A stretch of DNA of 64,000 nucleotides from Acidobacteriota bacterium (GTDB lineage Bacteria; Acidobacteriota; Vicinamibacteria; Vicinamibacterales; CAVVIG01): positions 18,958-82,957 of the forward strand of contig JBDTVS010000127.1 of the NCBI GenBank assembly GCA_040007095.1, in the 5' to 3' direction. Below are positions 20,271 to 30,319 of the stretch, piece after piece. Under the pieces are notes generated by a model. That model did no database searches and had not been told where the DNA came from. It saw only the letters and a program-made list of their open reading frames with translations. How positions within the stretch are numbered: position 1 is the first letter of the stretch; each line of letters starts with the position of its first letter. The translations under genes and the position numbers were made by a program.

Positions 20271-20819
20271 ATGCACATCAAGCTTCGGCGCCTTCTGCCG
20301 TTACTCCTCACTCTCGTGTCTGTCGGCATCACCCCAGGATGCGGGTACGCCCTGGCCGGCCGCGGGTCGTTTCTGCCGGACTACATCCGGACGATCGGCG
20401 TGCCGACGTTCGCCAACCGCACCACCGTCTTCAACCTGGAGACGAATCTGACGCAGAAGGTCCGCGCCGAGTTCATCGGCCGCGGCAAGTATCGCATCCT
20501 CCCAGACAGCACCGAGGTTGACGCACTGCTGGTCGGCGATATCCTCTCGGCGACCTTGACGCCGGTCAGCTTTACCGCCAACCAGCTGGCGTCGCGCTAC
20601 GCGCTCACGGTCTCGGCGCGTATCGAGCTGCGCGATCTGCGTGAGAACAAGGTGTTGTGGGAGAGCTCGAGCCTGATCTTCCGCCAGGAGTACGAGCCGA
20701 AAACCGGTGGCAACCCGCAGGATGTGTCGGCGTTCTTCGGCCAGGACGCCAATGCGCTCGAGCGCATGAGCGCCGACTTCGCACGGACGATCGTCAGCTC
20801 GATTCTCGAGGCGTTTTGA
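20271..20819 (+). CDS. lptE: LptE-like LPS-assembly lipoprotein
   Basis: Signal/lipobox-like N-terminus (LLTLVSVGITPGC). About 180 aa. Occupies the conserved leuS-lptE-holA position. Confidence 0.55.
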   Translation: MHIKLRRLLPLLLTLVSVGITPGCGYALAGRGSFLPDYIRTIGVPTFANRTTVFNLETNLTQKVRAEFIGRGKYRILPDSTEVDALLVGDILSATLTPVSFTANQLASRYALTVSARIELRDLRENKVLWESSSLIFRQEYEPKTGGNPQDVSAFFGQDANALERMSADFARTIVSSILEAF

Positions 20820-21811
20820 TCGCGACGCCTGCCACCGTTCGCGCGCAGCTCAACGCCGGCCGACCGGACCTTGTCTACCTCCTCCAGGGCGAGGATGACG
20901 TCGAGAAATCTGAGCTGGCGTCGGAGTTTGCCCTCCTCGTCGAGGAAGGGCTCGGCGCCTTCAATGTCGACCGCGTTCACGCCGGCGACATGACGACCGG
21001 CGATCGGCTCGCCGCGGGCGTCTCGTCGGTCGTCGCCGCGGCGCGGACGATGCCGATGATGTCTCCCTGGCGGGTAGTGATCGTGCTCCAGGCGGAACTG
21101 ATGCTGGTGCCGAAGCGCGAGAGCGAGGCGGCGGCCCGCGCGCTCCAGGAACTCGAAACCTATCTCCAGAGCCCCGAGCGCCAGACGGTCCTCGTGCTGG
21201 TGGCGACGGCGGCGGTCGACCGTCGCAGCCGTCTCTATAAGATCCTGACCAAGCAGGCGACGCTCGTCGACTGCGGCGTCCTCGAAGATCAGGCCGACGC
21301 CGAGCGTTGGGTGCAGGCGAGGGTGGCGCGGGCGCGGGTCGCCATCGAGCCCGCGGCGGCCCGGCTGCTCGCCACACGCGCGGGCACGGATTTGAAGCGT
21401 CTGCGCGGCGATCTGGACCGGCTGCTGCTGTACGCGCTCGGCCAGTCCACGATCACCGTAGACGATGTGAAGCAGGTTGCCGGACCGGCGACGCTGCAGG
21501 ACGACTGGGCGATGACGAATGCGATCGAGCAGGGCCGAACGGCGGAGGCGCTTCGGCAGCTGGCGCTGACGTTGGACGAGGGGGCCCCGCCCGAAAAAGT
21601 CCTCGGTCAGCTGGCGTGGCTGGTGCGAACGAAATTTCCCGCGATCGCCCCCGGACACCTGGCCGCGGCCGTGGAATCGGTCTTTCGAACCGACCTCGAC
21701 CTCAAGCGATCGGCGGGCGCCCCCCGGATTCTGCTCGAGCGGCTGGTCGTGGAACTCGGCGACCGGCGTCAGCCGCCGGCGGCGATGCGCGTCGTCAGGC
21801 GGGATTTGTAG
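20816..21811 (+). CDS. holA: DNA polymerase III delta subunit HolA
   Basis: About 330 aa following lptE. TTG start overlapping the lptE stop. Delta-subunit-like pattern (VYLLQGEDDVEK, LDRLLLYA). Confidence 0.75.
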   Translation: MIATPATVRAQLNAGRPDLVYLLQGEDDVEKSELASEFALLVEEGLGAFNVDRVHAGDMTTGDRLAAGVSSVVAAARTMPMMSPWRVVIVLQAELMLVPKRESEAAARALQELETYLQSPERQTVLVLVATAAVDRRSRLYKILTKQATLVDCGVLEDQADAERWVQARVARARVAIEPAAARLLATRAGTDLKRLRGDLDRLLLYALGQSTITVDDVKQVAGPATLQDDWAMTNAIEQGRTAEALRQLALTLDEGAPPEKVLGQLAWLVRTKFPAIAPGHLAAAVESVFRTDLDLKRSAGAPRILLERLVVELGDRRQPPAAMRVVRRDL

Positions 21812-22032
21812 CGCCCGGCCGCGTTGCGATGAATAATCCCCTTGCTCGCCATCTTGTCGATGAGCGAAGTGGTTTGCTTCAACGCGGATTTGGCGGCGCC
21901 GATGTCTTTTCCGTCGATGGCGGCGCGGATGCTCTTGAGCGCTCCACGCAGCCGCGATCGGAATTGTCGATTGCGTTCGCGATTTTTCAGGCTTTGACGG
22001 TGCGCTTTGAGCGCGGATTCATGACTGGCCAA
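21769..22032 (-). CDS. rpsT: 30S ribosomal protein S20
   Basis: HESALKAHRQSLKNRERNRQFRSRLR...KGIIHRNAAGRYKSRL. TTG start at 22032, 11 nt downstream of a GGAGG. Confidence 0.9.
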   Translation of the reverse strand: MASHESALKAHRQSLKNRERNRQFRSRLRGALKSIRAAIDGKDIGAAKSALKQTTSLIDKMASKGIIHRNAAGRYKSRLTTRIAAGG

Positions 22033-22077
22033 GACGTTTGATACCTCCGGAACCCCTAATCCTACCATAGGAACCTC

Positions 22078-22857
22078 GTGTCTTTATCCGTGCAGCACTT
22101 CACGCGGACGTATGTCGGCAGCGGCGGGTCGGCCTTTACTGCCGTGGCCGATCTGTCGTTCGAAGTGTCCGGCGGCGAGATCGTCGGGCTGATCGGTCCC
22201 AATGGAGCGGGCAAGACGACCACGCTCCGTTCGATGGCCGGCATCCTCCGGCCCACGGCGGGTCACATCAGCATCGACGGCCACGACATCGTCGACGACG
22301 CGGTGGCCGCCAAGCGGGTGCTGGCGTTCATGCCGGACGAGCCGCATCTGTTCGAGTACCTGACCGTGGCCGAGCACTTGCGGCTGATCGCCAGGCTCTT
22401 CGCCGTGGAGGACTTCGAACCGCGCGCCAGGGCGCTCCTGGAGGAATTGGAGCTGACAGGAAAAGAACGATCGCTGCCGGGCGAATTGTCGCGCGGCATG
22501 CGGCAGAAGGTGGTGATCGCCTGCGGTCTGGTCCGCCCGGCGTCGACGCTGCTGTTCGACGAGCCCCTGACCGGTCTCGATCCGGTCGGCATCAGGCGGA
22601 TGCGTCAGACGATCGTCGACCGCGCCAGGGCCGGCGCATGCGTGCTCCTTTCGTCGCACCTCCTGCACCTGGTCGAGGAAGTCTGCACCCGGGTGATCAT
22701 CATGGACCGCGGACGAAAAGTGGCCGACGGCACCGTCGCGGAACTGGCGTCGCGCGCCGATCTCCAGGCGGCCGGATCGAACCTCGAGCAAATCTTCCTG
22801 CAGGTCACCGGACAGAATGGCGACGATCGCAAGGTCCATTCTGAATCCGAATCGTGA
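22078..22857 (+). CDS. ABC transporter ATP-binding protein
   Basis: Walker A GPNGAGKTT, signature LSRGMRQK, Walker B LLFDEP. Confidence 0.9.
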   Translation: MSLSVQHFTRTYVGSGGSAFTAVADLSFEVSGGEIVGLIGPNGAGKTTTLRSMAGILRPTAGHISIDGHDIVDDAVAAKRVLAFMPDEPHLFEYLTVAEHLRLIARLFAVEDFEPRARALLEELELTGKERSLPGELSRGMRQKVVIACGLVRPASTLLFDEPLTGLDPVGIRRMRQTIVDRARAGACVLLSSHLLHLVEEVCTRVIIMDRGRKVADGTVAELASRADLQAAGSNLEQIFLQVTGQNGDDRKVHSESES

Positions 22858-22870
22858 CGCCCGAAGTCCG

Positions 22871-24592
22871 ATGCTGAGCGCGAGCCTTTACATCATCATC
22901 TGCACCGCGAGGAATCGCCTGCTGATGCGTGTGCGACGGCTTCGCGAGCCGCGCTATCTGATTGGCGCCATTGCCGGCGCGGCGTATTTCTACTTTGCCG
23001 TGTTTCGGCGGATGGGGCGAGGCGGCGGGCGCGGCCGCTCGTCGTTTTCACCGTCGGCCCTGCTGGCCAGGTACGGAGGGGCCGCGGGCTTTGCTGGCGT
23101 GGGGTTGCTCCTGTTGGCCGCGCTCGCCTGGATTGTGCCGGCCGAGAGCGGACTGCTGGCGTTCAGCGAAGCCGAGACACACCTGCTGGTACCGGCGCCC
23201 GTGACGCGACGTCAGTTGTTGGTCTATCGCCTGCTGCGCTCGCAGCTGCCGCTGTTGTTCGGTGCCGCGATCTCGGCGGTATTCGTGCCCCTGGCAGCAG
23301 AACGGCGGCTTCGATTCGGCGTCGGGATGTTCACGTTGCTGGTCACGGCGCGTGTGTATTTCACGGGCGTCACGCGAGCCCGCGCGCGGCTGGCGGCGTC
23401 GAGCGCGGCGGAGCGCAGCGTGGCATGGGCGCCGCTCGCATTCCTTTTAGGCGCCATCACGATCGTGATCGTCTCCATCGTGCGTGTCCATGGCCTGCTC
23501 CCGCTCGACACGCCCGAAGGCCTGTTGTCGACTGTCGGGCGGGCGATCGGGACCTGGCCGTCCGCACTGGTGCTATGGCCGTTCACCGCGGTGATGCGGC
23601 CGCTGTTTGCGCCGTCCGACGCCGAATTCTTCGTAGGACTGGCCCTGGCGTTGGTCGTCCTTGGTTGCACCGTCGAATGGGTGTTGTGGGGCGACGGCGT
23701 GTTTCAACAAGCGCCGGACAACGTCCCGGAGCCGACAATGGGGCGTCGGGGATCGGTCCAGGCGGCGCGTGCGCGAAACGTCGGATGGACGCTGGGGTTG
23801 TCGGGACGGCTGGACACGGTGTTTCTCTGGAAGAACGCGATGCAGTCGCTGCGGAGCACGAATCTCGTGTCGGTGCTGCCGATTGCAGGTACGGCCATCC
23901 TGGTTGGAGTGGCGTTCGCCACCGCCAGGATGTCGGCGACCAACCAACGGGCCCCCGCCGCGGCGCTTGCGATTGGCTCATTGTTCATGGCAGCGTTCGC
24001 GGCGTTGCTCGGGCCTCAAATGGTTCGGAGCGACATGCGCGGCGACCTGCAGCATCTGGACGTCCTCAAGACCTGGCCCGTGAAGCCTGCGGTCGTGATT
24101 CGAGGACAGCTGCTCTGGCCAACCTTGGCGCTGACGCTGTGGGTGTGGTTCGCGCTCGGGTGCGCCACGGCATTTTCGGCCGCGGCCTTTCCCTCACTCG
24201 CGGTCGGCGTGCGCTTGTCGCTGTCCGCGGCCGCCCTCGTGCTGGCCCCGGCGCTGGTGGCTGCGCAGTTGACCGTTCACAATGCCGTGGCCGTCCTGTT
24301 CCCGGCGTGGATTCCCTCCGGTTCCCAACGGGCCCGCGGCCTCGATGCGATGGGTCAGCGGCTGATTCTCCTGGCTGGCGTCATTATCGTGCTCGTCGTG
24401 ATGATCGGCCCGGGCGCGATTGCCGGCGGTATCCTGACGTTCGCGTTCTACCGGGTGATGGGACCCGTGAGCATCGTGCCGGCGGCCGCCGTCTGCGTGG
24501 CGGTCGTCGCGGTCGAAATTGCGATCCTTACGGAGTTGCTGGGAGCCGCCTACGACCGCATTGATCTGCCGCAGGTGGAACGATCGGAATGA
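22871..24592 (+). CDS. Large polytopic membrane protein, putative ABC-exporter membrane partner
   Basis: About 570 aa, almost entirely hydrophobic helices. Abuts or overlaps the ATPase gene (alternative start 22817). My reading is that it resembles the putative-ABC-exporter membrane family. Confidence 0.6.
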   Translation: MLSASLYIIICTARNRLLMRVRRLREPRYLIGAIAGAAYFYFAVFRRMGRGGGRGRSSFSPSALLARYGGAAGFAGVGLLLLAALAWIVPAESGLLAFSEAETHLLVPAPVTRRQLLVYRLLRSQLPLLFGAAISAVFVPLAAERRLRFGVGMFTLLVTARVYFTGVTRARARLAASSAAERSVAWAPLAFLLGAITIVIVSIVRVHGLLPLDTPEGLLSTVGRAIGTWPSALVLWPFTAVMRPLFAPSDAEFFVGLALALVVLGCTVEWVLWGDGVFQQAPDNVPEPTMGRRGSVQAARARNVGWTLGLSGRLDTVFLWKNAMQSLRSTNLVSVLPIAGTAILVGVAFATARMSATNQRAPAAALAIGSLFMAAFAALLGPQMVRSDMRGDLQHLDVLKTWPVKPAVVIRGQLLWPTLALTLWVWFALGCATAFSAAAFPSLAVGVRLSLSAAALVLAPALVAAQLTVHNAVAVLFPAWIPSGSQRARGLDAMGQRLILLAGVIIVLVVMIGPGAIAGGILTFAFYRVMGPVSIVPAAAVCVAVVAVEIAILTELLGAAYDRIDLPQVERSE

Positions 24593-24708
24593 AGCAGTTC
24601 GAACAAATACGACGTGTCACGCAGAGTGCGCGGGGCACGCAGAGAATGTGTGAGGTGTGACAGCGCTCTGGAAACAGGAGGTCGCTGGACGTTACGTGGT
24701 GCGCGCTG

Positions 24709-25479
24709 CTAACGAGCGACGACTTCGTAGGACCCGCTCGATGGTTTGGTATTCGAGAACTTCAGCACCGCGCGGCCGTCGACGACATCGGTCGACTTGT
24801 AGATCGTCAGGCCGAGCGGCTCCATGCGCACGGGGGGAGCCGCAAGGCCGTTGACGCGGGCGACGTACTGGCGGGTTTCGACATAGGGCGGGACGCTCTG
24901 ACCGTGCCGATCTACCGCTCCAGGGCCGGCGTTGTACGCCGCCAGCGCGAGTTGCTCGTCGTTGTCGTAACGATCCAGCAGGTGCCGCAGGTAGGCCACA
25001 CCTGCCCGGATGTTTTCCTCCGGGTTCAGCGGATCTTTCACGCCGAACTGCCGGATCGTCGCCGGCATCAGCTGCATCAGGCCAAGCGCGCCCTTGGTCG
25101 ATTTTGCAAAAGGGTTGAACGCTGATTCGACCTGCACCACCGCGCGCACCAGGTCGGGCCGGACCGCGTTCAGGCGCGCGTGCTCGGCGATGAGCTGGTC
25201 GTACTCCCGGCCTCGTGCGGGCGCGACCGGCCGAGTCGTCCTCACAGACGCCGCCTGCGGAACGACGTACGTGTAATTCGTGCCGCCTGCCGGGCGGTTG
25301 GACAGCACCAGGTGTCCGTTCGCGTCGCGCCAGGTATAGATCTGCGCGTGCGCCGGCGCCGCCAGGGCGAGGCAAGACATCGCCCACAGGACACAACGCG
25401 CCGTCACCAATCTGCCAGCTCGGCTGTTCGATGGGCTGAGTCCGTGATGGGCCTGGAATGCGGCATCATTGCTCTGCAT
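24709..25479 (-). CDS. Lytic transglycosylase (SLT domain) with DUF4124-like N-terminus
   Basis: Signal peptide. IYTWRDANGHLVLSN. SLT catalytic region ESAFNPFAKSTKGALGLMQLMP...AYNAGPGAV. Confidence 0.85.
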   Translation of the reverse strand: MQSNDAAFQAHHGLSPSNSRAGRLVTARCVLWAMSCLALAAPAHAQIYTWRDANGHLVLSNRPAGGTNYTYVVPQAASVRTTRPVAPARGREYDQLIAEHARLNAVRPDLVRAVVQVESAFNPFAKSTKGALGLMQLMPATIRQFGVKDPLNPEENIRAGVAYLRHLLDRYDNDEQLALAAYNAGPGAVDRHGQSVPPYVETRQYVARVNGLAAPPVRMEPLGLTIYKSTDVVDGRAVLKFSNTKPSSGSYEVVAR

Positions 25480-25786
25480 CTATAACGACATCAACATTTT
25501 ACCGTATCGGCACGCCCTGCGGACAACAACAGTGACGACCTTCTCCTCTCGGTAGTAATCGACGAGTTCGGTGGGTAGTCCAATGACCCCGGTCGCGGTG
25601 CGGGGGGGACAGGGCAGCGCGGTTGCTCGGTTCCGGGCTGGTTGGTTCAGACCGATCGGTCGCATGCCGGGACGTCGGCTCATCAGCACGGGCGACATCT
25701 CGCGCCGTGGGGGGATGGGGATTGTAGTCGGAGGCGCGGTCGGCGTATTCTCGCTTCGCATCACATCCCTAAAAAGGCAGGCCCTC

Positions 25787-26806
25787 ATGCGCAAGTTCGC
25801 TCACGTTCTTTCGGTCTCCGCTGCCGCCGGCGTGTTCACGTCTGGTCTCGCGTTCGCTCAAGCGCCGGCGCCCGCGCCGGCAAAGGTCGGGGTCACCGGC
25901 CTGATGCACGCGATTCACTCCACCAATGACGTGGAGAAGACGCTGGCCTTCTATCAGGCCGTGTTCGGCGTCGGCGGCCAGGTGCGCCCCTTCGCGAGCA
26001 CCGGCCCGCAGATCCTGACCAACTCGCCGGGCGCAACGTTGCGCGTGGCCATGACGCAGCTCAAGGGCGCCTTCAATTTCGAGCTGACCGAGTTCGGCAA
26101 TATCGAGCGTCAGATGAACAAGCAGCCGGACATCGCCGACCCAGGCGCGCCGATGATGAAGATTGTCGTCCGCGACATCGACGCGGTCGTCGCGGCCGCG
26201 AAGAAGGTCAACGCGCCGATCATCACCAAGTCGGGCGCGCCGGTGACCGTGCCGACCTCGCTCGGCAATGCGAAGGCGATCATCATGCGCGACCCCGACG
26301 GCTATTTCGTCGAAGCGATTCAGGGAACGCCCGCCGCGGACTCGCCGGAGGGCGCCATCCTGGGCGCGGTCATGGGGCTCACCGTCGGCGACGTGGACGA
26401 GACGCTGAAGTACTGGAACGGCGTCCTTGGCAACGAGTTCACCGCCGACGCGAAGTTCTCGAGCGACACCGCGATGCTCGACCTCCTGGGCCTGCCGAAA
26501 GGCGCGTCGTACCGCATGGCCGGCGGGCTGATCTCGGGCAGCAAAGCGCGTATGGAGTTCATCGAGATCAAGGGCGTGCCTCGGAAGCCGTTCGACCTGC
26601 GGGTCACCGACGCCAATGCATCCGGCATGGCGCTTCGCGTCGGGCACATCCGCGACCTGCTCGCGAAGATCAAGGCGAGCGGGGGTCGCGTCCTGTCGCG
26701 GGACGGCGAGTTGGTCGAGTGGAGCGCCACCGTCCGTAATGTGTTCGTGAAGGATCCCAACGGCCTGAATCTCGAGCTCGTGGGCAGCGCTGATCCCAAT
26801 CAGTAG
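25787..26806 (+). CDS. Secreted VOC/glyoxalase-fold protein
   Basis: Signal peptide MRKFAHVLSVSAAAGVFTSGLAFA. Repeated VOC-like modules (HAIHSTNDVEKTLAFYQAVFG, DPDGYFVEAI, KDPNGLNLELV). Confidence 0.6.
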   Translation: MRKFAHVLSVSAAAGVFTSGLAFAQAPAPAPAKVGVTGLMHAIHSTNDVEKTLAFYQAVFGVGGQVRPFASTGPQILTNSPGATLRVAMTQLKGAFNFELTEFGNIERQMNKQPDIADPGAPMMKIVVRDIDAVVAAAKKVNAPIITKSGAPVTVPTSLGNAKAIIMRDPDGYFVEAIQGTPAADSPEGAILGAVMGLTVGDVDETLKYWNGVLGNEFTADAKFSSDTAMLDLLGLPKGASYRMAGGLISGSKARMEFIEIKGVPRKPFDLRVTDANASGMALRVGHIRDLLAKIKASGGRVLSRDGELVEWSATVRNVFVKDPNGLNLELVGSADPNQ

Positions 26807-26842
26807 CCACCGTTGGCGGCGCGTAAAAGCGTGGGGCCATTT

Positions 26843-26915
26843 ACCGCCGAGCTCGCCGAGTTCACCGAGAAAGATCCTCAATGTTTTTCTCGGTGTGCTC
26901 GGTGTGCTCGGTGGT
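26843..26915. repeat. 30-bp imperfect inverted repeat (word-repeat hairpin) between convergent genes
   Basis: ACCGCCGAGCTCGCCGAGTTCACCGAGAAA ... TTTCTCGGTGTGCTCGGTGTGCTCGGTGGT. 25 of 30 positions complementary, 13-nt spacer. Confidence 0.8.
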
Positions 26916-27017
26916 TCGTTTGACTGAGACGGTGCCCATCAGGCGTACCATGACGACCCGGACGCTGGACGCGGCTGGAAAGCGGTCAAGATTGGACCAA
27001 CCCTGGCCTGACGGAGA

Positions 27018-29654
27018 CTACCCGAGCAGCTTCGACACTACTGTTTCGCTGGCGCGAAGCATCTCGTCGATCTTCTCGGGCTGCTTCCCACCCGCCTCGG
27101 CAAAATCCGGGCGCCCCCCCCCGCCACCCCCGACCAGCGGGGCGATTTCTTTGACAATCTGACCGGCCTTGATGCGTGCGGTGAGATCGGCAGTGACGGC
27201 GACGACGATCTGGACCTTGCCGCCGTTCTCCGACGCAAGCACGACGACGCCGCTCTTGATTTGGCTCTTCAAAGAATCCGCGAGGCCCCGGAGGGCATCC
27301 TTGTCCAGACCGTTGACCTTCCGTCTCGCGAGCCTGACGCCGTTGACGTCAATCACCCCGTCGCCTTCCGTCGGCGTCCCGCCGCCGAGCGCCAGCTTCG
27401 TCTTGAGCTGAGTGGACTCGCGAAGCAGCCGCTTGTTGTCCGCCAACAGCTTGCCGATCGTCTCGACCGCCTGATCCTCCGTGACGTGCAGCGCGCCGAC
27501 CAGCCGGGCCAGCGACGCTCGCTGCTGCTGCGCCCACCCCAGCGCACCCGAACCGGTGACGGCCTCGATCCGGCGCACGCCGGCGGCGACGCCGGCCTCG
27601 GCGAGTATCGCGAAAAAGCCGATGTCGCCGGTGGCGCGAACGTGCGTGCCGCCGCACAATTCCATGCTGAAGCCGGGCACGCTGACCACGCGCACCGTGT
27701 CGCCGTACCTCTCGCCGAAGAGGGCCATGGCTCCTGCGGCCATCGCCTCGTGAGTGGGCCGCTCCTCAGTGTCGACCGTCGTATTACGACGAATCTGCTC
27801 GTTGACGATGCGCTCGATCCGCTCCTGCTCGTCGGCCGTCACCGGCTGAAAATGGACAAAATCGAACCGCAGCCGATCTGGCGCGACGAGCGACCCCGCC
27901 TGTTTGACGTGGCTGCCCAGCACCTCCCGAAGCGCCGCGTGCAGCAGGTGCGTCGCGGTGTGGTTGCGCCTGGTGGCGTCGCGCACGTGCGCGTCGACCT
28001 CGGCGGTGACGATGTCGCCGATATGAAGAGTGCCGCGCCTCACTTGCACCTGGTGTGCCCGTGGCCTGTTTGCCGGGATGCGAAGCACCCCTTGGACAAG
28101 GGCGTCAGCGCCGTCGGCCGCGATTCTGCCGGTGTCGGACACCTGCCCGCCTGACTCGACGTAAAAGGGCGTCTCCTGCAGCGAGACAAACCCGACGGCA
28201 CCTTCCGTCAATTCCGGGACCGGGCTCTTGGCGGCGTCGAACAGCTGGACGATCGGCACCGCCGACAGTTGTGTCGCGGCGTAGCCGCGAAACGTGTCTT
28301 CGGTCTGTGCAAACAGCGGGTCTAGAGCGCCGACCCACGGCGTGGCCGCGGCGCCGCTGTCGAACGCACTTTTCGCGCGTGCCTTGCCGCGCTGGCCTTC
28401 CATCGCTTGTTCGAACGCGTCGCGGTCGACGGTCAAATCCTGAGTCGCCGCGGTGTCTTCGATGAAGTCATAGGGCAGACCAAACGTATCGTAGAGGCGG
28501 AAGGCCGCGGCCCCCGACAACACGCGGTCGGACGACTCGAGGGCCTTGGCAATTTCCAGCTCGAGCCGCGGCAGGCCGTCGGTCAGCACCGTGTCGAAGC
28601 GGCGCTCTTCCGCGAGGATCGCCTGCTCAATCATGCGGCGATTCGCACGCACGGTGGGATACGCGTCGCCCATCTCTCGATCGAGCACGGCGACGAGCCG
28701 GTGGAGGAACGGCTCGGTGATGCCGAGGTGCTTGCCGTGGCGCATCGCGCGGCGCATGATTTTCCGCAGGACATAGCCGCGCCACTCGTTGGCAGGCATG
28801 ACGCCGTCCGCGATCAGGAACGTGGTCGCGCGAATGTGGTCGGCCACGACCCGCATCGACACGTCTTCGGCCCCATGCGAGCCGGCATACGCGCGCCCCG
28901 CGAGCCGCTCGATGTCGGCGAGGATGGGCGTGAAGACGTCGGTGTCGTAGTTGGAATTCTTCCGCTGGAGGACGGCCGCGATGCGCTCCAGACCCATGCC
29001 GGTGTCGATCGACGGTGCGGGCAGTGGCGTGAGCGTGCCGTCGGCGCTGCGCTCGAACTCCATGAACACGTTGTTCCAGATCTCGATTTCGGGATCCTGG
29101 CCGGTCCCGCGAACGTAATAGATCTCCGAACAGCGTCCGCAGGGGCCGGTGTCGCCCATCTGCCAGAAGTTGTCGTCGAGACCGAGCTCGAGAATCCGAT
29201 CGGCGGGGACGTATTGTTTCCAGAGCTCGTAGGCCTCCTCGTCACGCGGAATGCCGCGCTCGCCTTTGAAGATCGACGGCACCAGTTTGTCCGGCGGCAT
29301 CTGCCAGACATCAGTCAGAAGCTCCCAGGCGAAACGGATGGCGTCTTTCTTGAAATAGTCGCCGAAGGAAAAATTTCCGAGCATCTCGAAGAACGTGTGA
29401 TGGCGCAGCGACGGTCCGACGTTGTCGAGGTCGTTGTGTTTGCCGCTGACCCGCATGCATTTCTGCGACGTCGTGGCGCGGGTGTAGTCGCGCTTCTCAC
29501 GGCCGAGGAACAGCTCCTTGAACTGGTTCATCCCGGCGTTGGTGAACAGCAGCGTCGGGTCGTCGGCGGGAACCAGTGACGAACTGGGTGCGATGCGATG
29601 CCCCTGCTGTTCGAAGTACTTCAGAAAAGATGTGCGGATCTCGTTCGAGGTCAT
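27018..29654 (-). CDS. alaS: Alanyl-tRNA synthetase
   Basis: 878 aa. FTNAGMNQFK, HHTFFEMLGNFSFGDYFK, editing-domain HTATHLLH, C-terminal GGGGGG motif. Confidence 0.97.
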   Translation of the reverse strand: MTSNEIRTSFLKYFEQQGHRIAPSSSLVPADDPTLLFTNAGMNQFKELFLGREKRDYTRATTSQKCMRVSGKHNDLDNVGPSLRHHTFFEMLGNFSFGDYFKKDAIRFAWELLTDVWQMPPDKLVPSIFKGERGIPRDEEAYELWKQYVPADRILELGLDDNFWQMGDTGPCGRCSEIYYVRGTGQDPEIEIWNNVFMEFERSADGTLTPLPAPSIDTGMGLERIAAVLQRKNSNYDTDVFTPILADIERLAGRAYAGSHGAEDVSMRVVADHIRATTFLIADGVMPANEWRGYVLRKIMRRAMRHGKHLGITEPFLHRLVAVLDREMGDAYPTVRANRRMIEQAILAEERRFDTVLTDGLPRLELEIAKALESSDRVLSGAAAFRLYDTFGLPYDFIEDTAATQDLTVDRDAFEQAMEGQRGKARAKSAFDSGAAATPWVGALDPLFAQTEDTFRGYAATQLSAVPIVQLFDAAKSPVPELTEGAVGFVSLQETPFYVESGGQVSDTGRIAADGADALVQGVLRIPANRPRAHQVQVRRGTLHIGDIVTAEVDAHVRDATRRNHTATHLLHAALREVLGSHVKQAGSLVAPDRLRFDFVHFQPVTADEQERIERIVNEQIRRNTTVDTEERPTHEAMAAGAMALFGERYGDTVRVVSVPGFSMELCGGTHVRATGDIGFFAILAEAGVAAGVRRIEAVTGSGALGWAQQQRASLARLVGALHVTEDQAVETIGKLLADNKRLLRESTQLKTKLALGGGTPTEGDGVIDVNGVRLARRKVNGLDKDALRGLADSLKSQIKSGVVVLASENGGKVQIVVAVTADLTARIKAGQIVKEIAPLVGGGGGGRPDFAEAGGKQPEKIDEMLRASETVVSKLLG

Positions 29655-29777
29655 GGCTCTGTATTCTAGTGGAGCGCCATCACGCCGTCGCGCGGACCAG
29701 GAGTGGCGTCGCGCGTTGGTGTGTGCGTCCGGGGCAGATAAGTCACAGCCGCAGGCGGCCGCTGCGGGTCCGGCGCA

Positions 29778-30236
29778 TCACCGGGACTGGCTCCTCGCGC
29801 GCAGCGCTCGCATCACCTCGTCAGGGCCGAATCCCTGCCCGATCAAGTATCGGAAGAGGCGGCCGAGTTCGGCTTTGTCGCTGATGCGATCCCGCCCGCG
29901 AAGCCGTTTGGCCAGAGACGCCTCGATCAGCACCTCCGGATCGATCGATTCGAATACCTCGTCGGTTGCCCGCCGCGCCACGGCGCGCGCGATCCCGGCC
30001 TGCTCGATCTGACGCAGAATGCGCAGCCGACCCCGCCGCTTGACGGAGGTCTGCGTCCGCGCGATAGCGGCCGCCACGCGCACATCGTCGATCGCCCGCT
30101 CGGCCAGCAGGCGCGCGACGGCCGAGTCGATGTCGTCGGCCGCGTGTTCACGGCGCGCCAGCCTCTGCCGGACCTGTGCCTCGGACAGCTCGCGGCGCGC
30201 CAGCATCCGAAGGGCGTCGACGTAGGCGTTGGCCAT
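29778..30236 (-). CDS. recX: Recombination regulator RecX
   Basis: MANAYVDALRMLARRELSEAQVRQRLAR and repeated helical modules. Located next to alaS. ATG 30236 chosen inside the longer track ORF. Confidence 0.8.
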   Translation of the reverse strand: MANAYVDALRMLARRELSEAQVRQRLARREHAADDIDSAVARLLAERAIDDVRVAAAIARTQTSVKRRGRLRILRQIEQAGIARAVARRATDEVFESIDPEVLIEASLAKRLRGRDRISDKAELGRLFRYLIGQGFGPDEVMRALRARSQSR

Positions 30237-30319
30237 GGTGTTCCGATCGCTGCACCGGCGGCAAGACGGGCGCCGCCCGTGCTCCGTGCTCATTACCCCG
30301 CGTCGTACGGGGGGTTGGT

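Noticed and set aside
27114-27122. Run of nine consecutive C residues, considered as a possible phase-variable homopolymer tract
   Set aside because: It encodes the conserved GGGGGG motif in the C-terminal domain of AlaS, an essential gene. It is not a contingency locus.
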